Source: Candidatus Saccharimonadota bacterium
GTDB taxonomy: Bacteria > Patescibacteriota > Saccharimonadia > Saccharimonadales > Saccharimonadaceae
Assembly: GCF_025273655.1 (NCBI RefSeq)
Contig: NZ_CP045921.1
Span: forward strand, 630,001 to 662,000
Length of the DNA stretch: 32,000 bases
Direction of reading: 5' to 3'
Program-made: the position numbers and the translations under genes
Part shown: positions 8,492 through 14,230 of the stretch, one piece after another
Layout: every line of letters begins with the position of its first letter
Position numbering within the stretch: position 1 is the stretch's first letter
Notes under the pieces: model-generated
Told to the model about the DNA's origin: nothing
Database searches by the model: none
Seen by the model: the letters and a program-made list of their open reading frames with translations, nothing else

Positions 8492-9613
8492 CTATTTGTC
8501 GTCCGAACCTTCAAGCGCATCAAGGAGGCTATCCTCGATATTCTTCTTTGGCTTGTCTTCTACGACAGGTGCGTCTTTGGCTTCGATATCAAGCTCGTAG
8601 CCAGTTAGGCGGCTGGCGAGACGTACGTTTTGACCGCCGCGACCGATCGCGATCGACTGCTGATCCTCGGCGACAAATACCTTGACGCGCTTGTCTTCTT
8701 CGTTAATCTCCAGGCTCTGTACCTCGGCTGGGCTCAGCGCATTGCGGATATACATATCGATATTTTCATCATAAGGCACGATGTCGATCTTTTCCTGATC
8801 ACCGACTTCGTTCATGACAGCTTGCACACGAGTACCATGACCACCCACGAACGTACCGACAGCGTCGACACCAGGCACGGTGCTTGCTACAGCGATTTTG
8901 GTGCGACGACCAGCTTCACGGGCAATACCTTTGATTTCTACCGCACCGCTCTCCATCTCTGGCACTTCTTGGCCGAAGAGATACTCGATGAACGCTTCGT
9001 TGCCACGACTCAAGATCAGCTGTGGACCACGGTTATCACGCTCGATGTCTTTGATAAACACTTTGATACGCGCGCCCACAGAGTAGAATTCGCCTTGAAT
9101 CTGCTCGCTCTGTGGCAATATACCAGTTGCTTTGCCAAGTTCCACGCGTACTACGCGTGGCTCGACACGCTGCACAATACCAGTCACGACCGTACCGATC
9201 TTGTCTTCGTACTCAGCAAGTACGATCTCACGCTCCGCTTCGCGCAGGCGTTGCAGCACAACTTGCTTGGCAGTCTGAGCAGCCACGCGGCCAAATTTCT
9301 CGACTTCGAAGCTTTCTTCGACTTCGTCACCGACGACGGCACCTTTCTTGTATTTCTGCGCTTCCTCGACACCTACTTCAATCGCGTCATTGATAGGATC
9401 TTCGACGACTTCGCGGATGACGAAGACTTTGGCAGTGCCATCGTTGACGTTCAGCTCGGCGCGCACATTTTGCTCACGCTCGCCGTTGTCTCGGCGCCAT
9501 GCGGCAGCGATTGCCTGCTCGATGACACTCATCACCACGTCTTCTGGCAGGTTCTTTTCCTCTGCAATTGTACGGACAGCCAAAGTCAGCTGCTTCAGAT
9601 TGATATCTTCCAT
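8492..9613 (-). CDS. nusA: Transcription termination/antitermination factor NusA
   Basis: NusA N-terminal domain (LTLAVRTIAEEKNLPEDVVMSVIEQAI), S1 domain (GTVVTGIVQRVEPRVVRVELGKATGILP), and two KH domains (AIGRGGQNVRLASRLTGYELDI). SD GGAG lies upstream of ATG 9613. Confidence 0.95.
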   Translation of the reverse strand: MEDINLKQLTLAVRTIAEEKNLPEDVVMSVIEQAIAAAWRRDNGEREQNVRAELNVNDGTAKVFVIREVVEDPINDAIEVGVEEAQKYKKGAVVGDEVEESFEVEKFGRVAAQTAKQVVLQRLREAEREIVLAEYEDKIGTVVTGIVQRVEPRVVRVELGKATGILPQSEQIQGEFYSVGARIKVFIKDIERDNRGPQLILSRGNEAFIEYLFGQEVPEMESGAVEIKGIAREAGRRTKIAVASTVPGVDAVGTFVGGHGTRVQAVMNEVGDQEKIDIVPYDENIDMYIRNALSPAEVQSLEINEEDKRVKVFVAEDQQSIAIGRGGQNVRLASRLTGYELDIEAKDAPVVEDKPKKNIEDSLLDALEGSDDK

Positions 9614-9641
9614 TTTGTTATAACTCCTTTGTTTAGCTATG

Positions 9642-9664
9642 AAAAAATCCGACCTGCTGGCCGG
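9642..9664 (-). promoter_or_regulatory. Terminator-like hairpin plus U-tract inside the nusA 5' leader (candidate attenuator)
   Basis: Minus-strand RNA: U-CCGGCC-AGCA-GGUCGG-A followed by UUUUUU. The stem is 6-7 bp including one G.U pair. It lies between the predicted promoter and the SD/ATG. Confidence 0.45.
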
Positions 9665-9679
9665 AACTGTACACTACTT

Positions 9680-9707
9680 ATTATATCTGCTACTCATTTT
9701 TTTACAA
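9680..9707 (-). promoter_or_regulatory. Candidate nusA promoter
   Basis: On the minus strand: -35 TTGTAA (9702-9707), a 16-nt spacer, then -10 TATAAT (9680-9685). Confidence 0.5.
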
Positions 9708-9726
9708 GCCCGAAGTTTAGGGCGAT

Positions 9727-9761
9727 TACCTCGTCGCAAGCGTGTCACTTGCGACGAGGTA
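9727..9761 (-). terminator. Perfect 14-bp stem-loop downstream of the 57-aa ORF
   Basis: TACCTCGTCGCAAG-CGTGTCA-CTTGCGACGAGGTA. It has no adjacent U-tract, so it may act as a terminator, an RNA stabiliser or a protein-binding site. Confidence 0.45.
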
Positions 9762-9781
9762 AATACCGGACACCACCAGAG

Positions 9782-9955
9782 CTAAGGTAGCTCGAGAGCA
9801 GCAATCAGCTCATCACGTAGTTGATGTAGATTCTCGGGAGTAGGGTCTCGGAGCGTTGATGACCCCGGGACAAACGATGCACCTCCATCGATCTCCGTAT
9901 GATGCGGGCACACCGTGTCCACAAGCTTACCGATCACGACACTCAACTTGCTCAT
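9782..9955 (-). CDS. Small hypothetical protein (57 aa)
   Basis: ATG 9955 is preceded by the SD-like GGAAGGA (minus strand GTGGAAGGAACGAGA-ATG). The ORF ends 20 nt before the 14-bp hairpin. I recognise no family. The track's longer 85-aa version lacks an SD. Confidence 0.4.
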   Translation of the reverse strand: MSKLSVVIGKLVDTVCPHHTEIDGGASFVPGSSTLRDPTPENLHQLRDELIAALELP

Positions 9956-10113
9956 TCTCGTTCCTTCCACTACTTCTGTACAATGTGGGGTACTTATTGA
10001 TACAATATAACCTTTTATTGATTTACGCAATACTATCACTGATTTCTTAGAAAGTCATTGCCGACAGCAGAGAATATTTCGCGAGTAAAGCCCTGGCGCA
10101 GCACTCTGCCGCA

Positions 10114-10122
10114 TGCTACTAT
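10114..10122 (+). promoter_or_regulatory. Possible extended -10 (TGC-TACTAT) for the kinase-aldolase gene
   Basis: TGCTACTAT lies ~49 nt upstream of ATG 10171, with the SD AGGAGGTG (10154-10161) downstream. There is no good -35. Confidence 0.3.
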
Positions 10123-10170
10123 AACTACAAAAGCATAACGATTATTCAGCTCTAGGAGGTGGGACACCAG

Positions 10171-12165
10171 ATGCACAAACCATACATACTTGCGATTGGC
10201 GATATCGTCACCGACGCGTTTATTAAGCTCAAAGAAGATGAAGCGCAGGTAGACGAAGATGAGCACGGCAACAAACACCTTATATTGCCATTTGGCACCA
10301 AACCACCATATGATCACGTCGATATCGTGCAAGCCGTAGGGCCATCGCCAAACGCCGCCGTATCCTTCGCTCGCCTCGGTGCCCACTCGGGGCTCATGGC
10401 GTACATGGGCGACGATCTCCCTGGCAAAGATATGCTGAGTTATCTCGGTGAAGAAAATGTCGACACTTCTACTATGTCGGTCACCGAAGGCATGAAGTCG
10501 AACTACTGGTATGTACTCCGCTATGGTGCCGAACGCACCATCCTCGTCAAACAAGAAGCCTACGACTACAAATGGCAAGAGCCAGCCCAAGTCCCCGACT
10601 GGATTTATCTCAGTGCACTCGATGGCGCTTCGTGGAATCTGCACGCCGAGCTACTCGCCTACTTACGAAAGCACCCCGAGACCAAACTCGTGTTCCAACC
10701 GGGCACATTCCACTTCAAATGGGGCGCCGAGAAGCTGGCCGAGGTATACGCCCGTAGCTATATGGTCTGCATGAACAAAGAAGAGGCCGCCGACGTGACT
10801 GGTCGCGAACTCGACGATCTCGAAGCGCTGTTCGATGGTCTACATAATCTCGGCTCTGAAGTGGTCGTCATCACCGACGGGCCAAAAGGCTCGTATGCAA
10901 GCGATGGCAAAAAGATCATCTCGATCCCTAATTACCCAGATCCGAAACCACCCGTAGATCGTACCGGTGCCGGCGACGCTTTTGCCAGCACTATTACCAC
11001 CGCACTTGCTCAAGGCGAGAGCCTCGAGACAGCGCTTACCTGGGCACCGATCAATAGCATGAATGTCTGTCAACACCTCGGTGCACAGGCGGGCCTACTC
11101 AGCAAAGATGCCATCCTAGACCTGCTTGCCAATGCGCCAGATGACTACAAACCGTCGCTGATCTCCGGCACTCACGAGCCGTCACTCGAGGATGTTGCGC
11201 AGAAACTTCTCGAAAATCCAAAAGGTATTTTTGCGGCAGACGAAAGCGGTGGCAGCATCGCCAAACGATTCGTACAATACGGTGTAGAAGATAGCGAGGA
11301 AATGCGCAGACAGTATCGACAGCTCTTCTTCACTACACCGGATATCGAACACGGTCTCAGCGGCGCGATCTTGTTTGACGAAACAGCCAGGCAGAAGGCA
11401 GACGACGGGACTCCTTTCCCTGAACTACTCGCCTCTCGTGGCATTATCCCTGGCATCAAGGTCGACAAAGGTATCGTGCCATTGCCAGGTTTCGAAGGAG
11501 AAGGTGTTACAAGTGGGCTCGACGGTCTGCCAGATCGCCTCGCCGAATACCACAGTATGGGGCTACGTTTCGCCAAATGGCGTGCAGCATTCACTGTCAC
11601 CGATACATTGCCGTCTGACGCCGCCATAGCCGCCAACGTGCATGCGCTCGCTCGCTATGCGCTCGACTGCCAACAGGCCGGTATCGTGCCGATCGTGGAA
11701 CCAGAGATTGTCCATGACGGCAACTTCACTATCGAGCGAGCCCGCGAAGTATCTGCTCGCGTCCTCGATGCATTGTTCGAGGAACTAGCCTTGCTCGGCG
11801 TCAATCGCCAAGCTGCCATATTGAAAACAAGTATGGTACTGGCCGGCGCACAGGTCGAGCAATCAACACCCGCAGAAGTAGCCGCGGCGACGATAGACAT
11901 CTTCGCGCACCATGTGCCGCACGACCTCGCTGGTATCGTGTTCCTATCTGGCGGCCAGACACCAGAGCAGGCGACGGCCAATCTGCAGGCTATCACTAAT
12001 CTCGGTGAACAAACCTGGCCAATCACCTTCAGCTTCTCGCGCGCGCTCCAAGAGCCAGTACTTGAGACCTGGGGTGGACAACGCGAGAATACAGCCCATG
12101 CCCAGCAGACATTTGCTACGCTCGTACAAGCAAATAGCAACGCCACAGTACGACAGGCGAGCTAG
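10171..12165 (+). CDS. Fusion protein: PfkB-family sugar/sugar-phosphate kinase (N-terminal) fused to class I fructose-1,6-bisphosphate aldolase (C-terminal)
   Basis: N-terminal half: ILAIGDIVTDAF, GPSPNAAVSFARLG and DRTGAGDAFAS (PfkB signatures). From about nt 11175: GIFAADESGGSIAKRF, IPGIKVDKG, RFAKWRA, VPIVEPEIV, ILKTSMV (Schiff-base Lys codon 11824-11826), VFLSGGQ and FSFSRALQ, which are collinear with animal/plant class I aldolase. The start is ATG 10171, behind the SD AGGAGGTG. Confidence 0.9.
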   Translation: MHKPYILAIGDIVTDAFIKLKEDEAQVDEDEHGNKHLILPFGTKPPYDHVDIVQAVGPSPNAAVSFARLGAHSGLMAYMGDDLPGKDMLSYLGEENVDTSTMSVTEGMKSNYWYVLRYGAERTILVKQEAYDYKWQEPAQVPDWIYLSALDGASWNLHAELLAYLRKHPETKLVFQPGTFHFKWGAEKLAEVYARSYMVCMNKEEAADVTGRELDDLEALFDGLHNLGSEVVVITDGPKGSYASDGKKIISIPNYPDPKPPVDRTGAGDAFASTITTALAQGESLETALTWAPINSMNVCQHLGAQAGLLSKDAILDLLANAPDDYKPSLISGTHEPSLEDVAQKLLENPKGIFAADESGGSIAKRFVQYGVEDSEEMRRQYRQLFFTTPDIEHGLSGAILFDETARQKADDGTPFPELLASRGIIPGIKVDKGIVPLPGFEGEGVTSGLDGLPDRLAEYHSMGLRFAKWRAAFTVTDTLPSDAAIAANVHALARYALDCQQAGIVPIVEPEIVHDGNFTIERAREVSARVLDALFEELALLGVNRQAAILKTSMVLAGAQVEQSTPAEVAAATIDIFAHHVPHDLAGIVFLSGGQTPEQATANLQAITNLGEQTWPITFSFSRALQEPVLETWGGQRENTAHAQQTFATLVQANSNATVRQAS

Positions 12166-12791
12166 ACGCGTACTAAGCACTTTAGTGTATCGCCAAGGCT
12201 CACACTTGGTACAAATACTGTTAACTCGTCGTGCGATGATGTCACCTCTACAAGATTGATATCACGCGCGGCGAGTAGCTGTAGCACATAGGCACAAACA
12301 CCCGGCACCGGCAGGTGCCCTTTTTTGAGTTTGATAGTTACTCCCACGAGGTCGGTCGATGTAATTGTGCCGTGCAACGTCGTTGCTAGCTCGTCGATCA
12401 CTTCGCTCCTACCAATAAGTGCGGTGTGCCAAATGCCCCTGGTGTACACCATGTATTCATGCTTGTCGTGCAGCTTCTTGACCGCCCAGAAGAAAGTATC
12501 CGAATCGAGATCTGTCTGCGCAATAGCCAAGACCCCCAAACCAGATTGTACCGACACTTCCCCGATATACTGCGCATAGTTTACAGACACATTGCCAGAA
12601 AGCCGTTTGGCGTAGCGGTTGAGCGCGAGTGTGACAGCCGCAACAGAAACGCGCTCACCTGCCTGCTGCTCTATGTCATCTTTCATCTGTCGGGCTAGCG
12701 ACGAATAGTTGATGACGCCTTGCTGAATATATGGCAAGTAACCCGGATGTTGGGTAAGCCAGGTTTTTACGTAATCTGTAATAGTAATCAT
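12162..12791 (-). CDS. Uncharacterised protein with a C-terminal ACT-like segment (possibly a COG2150-type small-molecule-binding regulator)
   Basis: 209-aa ORF. The C-terminal part (VCAYVLQLLAARDINLVEVTSSHDELTVFV) looks like an ACT beta-alpha-beta unit. The N-terminus is helical (INYSSLARQM). The family assignment is tentative. Confidence 0.45.
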   Translation of the reverse strand: MITITDYVKTWLTQHPGYLPYIQQGVINYSSLARQMKDDIEQQAGERVSVAAVTLALNRYAKRLSGNVSVNYAQYIGEVSVQSGLGVLAIAQTDLDSDTFFWAVKKLHDKHEYMVYTRGIWHTALIGRSEVIDELATTLHGTITSTDLVGVTIKLKKGHLPVPGVCAYVLQLLAARDINLVEVTSSHDELTVFVPSVSLGDTLKCLVRV

Positions 12792-12800
12792 ATTGATTAA

Positions 12801-12809
12801 ATTTTATCA
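12801..12809 (-). promoter_or_regulatory. Extended -10 (TGA-TAAAAT) 9 nt upstream of the ACT-like gene's ATG
   Basis: The minus strand reads TGATAAAAT-TTAATCAAT-ATG(12791). There is no SD. Confidence 0.4.
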
Positions 12810-12843
12810 TATTAAATATATTTTGAACATTTTATAAAAGATT

Positions 12844-12872
12844 TTGTCATAATACGCGCACTTACATATGCT
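12844..12872 (+). promoter_or_regulatory. Promoter placed for a leaderless transcript of the 203-aa gene
   Basis: -35 TTGTCA (12844-12849), a 17-nt spacer, -10 TATGCT (12867-12872), then 6 nt (AGCAAT) to ATG 12879. Confidence 0.5.
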
Positions 12873-12878
12873 AGCAAT

Positions 12879-13490
12879 ATGACAACACACGAACGAATCT
12901 ACACCAGACTCGCAACACGAGACGACAGTGCCGCTATATTTGATATGTATAGCGACATGCAACAACGGCAACACTACCCGGCATTTCGCGCGAACGCGTT
13001 TTATCGAGCAATCCCCCATATCATCGAAAGAAGTAGTGAGTCAGAGCAACTATTTGTTGCCGTAGATGAAACCGACACGCCCGTCGGCATGGGACACCTA
13101 GTACAGCCCTTCTCGCTCACGGGCAATAGCCGCAAAGCACAAGAACTCAGTCACTTATATATAGACGAGACGCAGTCGGACGCTTTTTCTTCACTCCCCA
13201 CCCGTCTCGCCGCTTTTGCTGCACACCTGGCGCTACAAGGCTGCGGCCGCACATTAGACGAATCGCGCAGCGTCAGCCTCCACACACAGGACACCAACTG
13301 CTTTGACACCTTGGCTACGCTCTATCCGAGCTCACAAGAATCACCGCATACAATACGGTTCGACAACGAAGCGCTACGCCACATGGCGTCACGAGCAGTC
13401 ACAGGCCCCATACATTTCACTGGACTGGCATTGGTTGATTCGGACACGCATCTAGCACACCCGCAATTGCATCCTGCTCAGCAGGCGTGA
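12879..13490 (+). CDS. Hypothetical protein (203 aa); N-terminus faintly GNAT-acetyltransferase-like but lacking the acetyl-CoA (Q/RxxGxG/A) motif
   Basis: The ORF has a plausible leaderless promoter. RLATRDDSAAIFDMY resembles GNAT N-termini, but no cofactor motif is present. It uses many rare-looking codons (ATA, CTA, AGA, TTA). Its last 74 nt overlap the 3' end of the convergent nuclease gene. Confidence 0.4.
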   Translation: MTTHERIYTRLATRDDSAAIFDMYSDMQQRQHYPAFRANAFYRAIPHIIERSSESEQLFVAVDETDTPVGMGHLVQPFSLTGNSRKAQELSHLYIDETQSDAFSSLPTRLAAFAAHLALQGCGRTLDESRSVSLHTQDTNCFDTLATLYPSSQESPHTIRFDNEALRHMASRAVTGPIHFTGLALVDSDTHLAHPQLHPAQQA

Positions 13491-14124
13491 CCCAGAGCGA
13501 ATAGGCACGCTTGACGGCAATTTGCCGTGCGACATATTGGCAGCGAAACGCCTTGTTGCTCGGTAGCCACGTCGCGGCATCGCCATCACTTTTTTGCTGG
13601 TTCGCCGGACCATCCACAGCAATCAACTCAAGCGGATCGTTCGCGAGCGCTACTCGCCGTTCTGGCGTCAGCTGCTGGGCTCCAGTCTGCCAAGCATTGC
13701 TGAGTGCCACTACGTGATCTATCTGCACAGCATCGCTAGTACCCGCACCGCGTACAAATTCAATCTCTTTGCCAGTATACGGGTCGCTGAGCGTGCCACG
13801 TAGCACTTTGCACGTCTCGCTCACCTGCGCGTCACGCAGGTCACGCCGCAGGATAATGTTGCGTGTATCGCAGTCACCTTGCTGCTCCCAGCCATTCCCA
13901 AACTGTGTCCGGGCATAGCCTGTTTTGGGTGCACGGCCTTTCACTGGTAGTTTCTCAAGTTCGTCACGCGCTAAGTCAACACCCGCAGCTGGCGGCGGCG
14001 TGGCTGGTCGTGGCGCAGCAGCCTGGTACTCACGCCGCGCCATGTCGTAGGCAAACGCAGATAGACTCACAATCGCGATGACAAGCAGCACAACTAGGCG
14101 ACGGACTTTATAGTTAGCGCTCAT
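13417..14124 (-). CDS. Secreted/membrane-anchored HNH-type nuclease (DUF1524 / GmrSD C-terminal-like family)
   Basis: N-terminal anchor (RRLVVLLVIAIVSLSAFA) and a Pro/Ala linker. Then GDCDTRNIILRRDL, DPYTGKEIEF, QIDHVVALSNAW and ANDPLELIAVDGPANQQKSDGDAATWLP, the block pattern I associate with actinobacterial HNH endonuclease family / DUF1524 extracellular proteins. I prefer ATG 14124 over the track's GTG 14130. Confidence 0.8.
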   Translation of the reverse strand: MSANYKVRRLVVLLVIAIVSLSAFAYDMARREYQAAAPRPATPPPAAGVDLARDELEKLPVKGRAPKTGYARTQFGNGWEQQGDCDTRNIILRRDLRDAQVSETCKVLRGTLSDPYTGKEIEFVRGAGTSDAVQIDHVVALSNAWQTGAQQLTPERRVALANDPLELIAVDGPANQQKSDGDAATWLPSNKAFRCQYVARQIAVKRAYSLWVTPAEQDAIAGVLDACPNQPMPVQ

Positions 14125-14131
14125 ACTCACT

Positions 14132-14160
14132 ATTTAACTTTGCTACTATGTCTATTGCAA
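14132..14160 (-). promoter_or_regulatory. Possible promoter for a leaderless nuclease transcript
   Basis: On the minus strand: -35 TTGCAA (14155-14160), a 17-nt spacer, a weak -10 TTAAAT (14132-14137), then 7 nt to ATG 14124. Confidence 0.35.
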
Positions 14161-14218
14161 GATATAGTACGTCTTCGTTCGACACTACGAACAAGTTCGT
14201 CCCGTTCTCACTTCATAG

Positions 14219-14224
14219 TACAAT
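14219..14224 (+). promoter_or_regulatory. -10 element (TACAAT) 6 nt upstream of the pepN ATG; a leaderless mRNA is implied
   Basis: TACAAT-AGATAT-ATG(14231). There is no SD and no convincing -35. Confidence 0.45.
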
Positions 14225-14230
14225 AGATAT

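Noticed and set aside
8630-9790. 386-aa plus-strand ORF covering almost all of nusA in antisense
   Set aside because: It lies opposite a motif-rich, unambiguous nusA. Its translation is low-complexity (D/F/L/H/T-rich) with no motifs, no SD and no promoter. It is a typical shadow ORF produced by the codon bias of the real gene.
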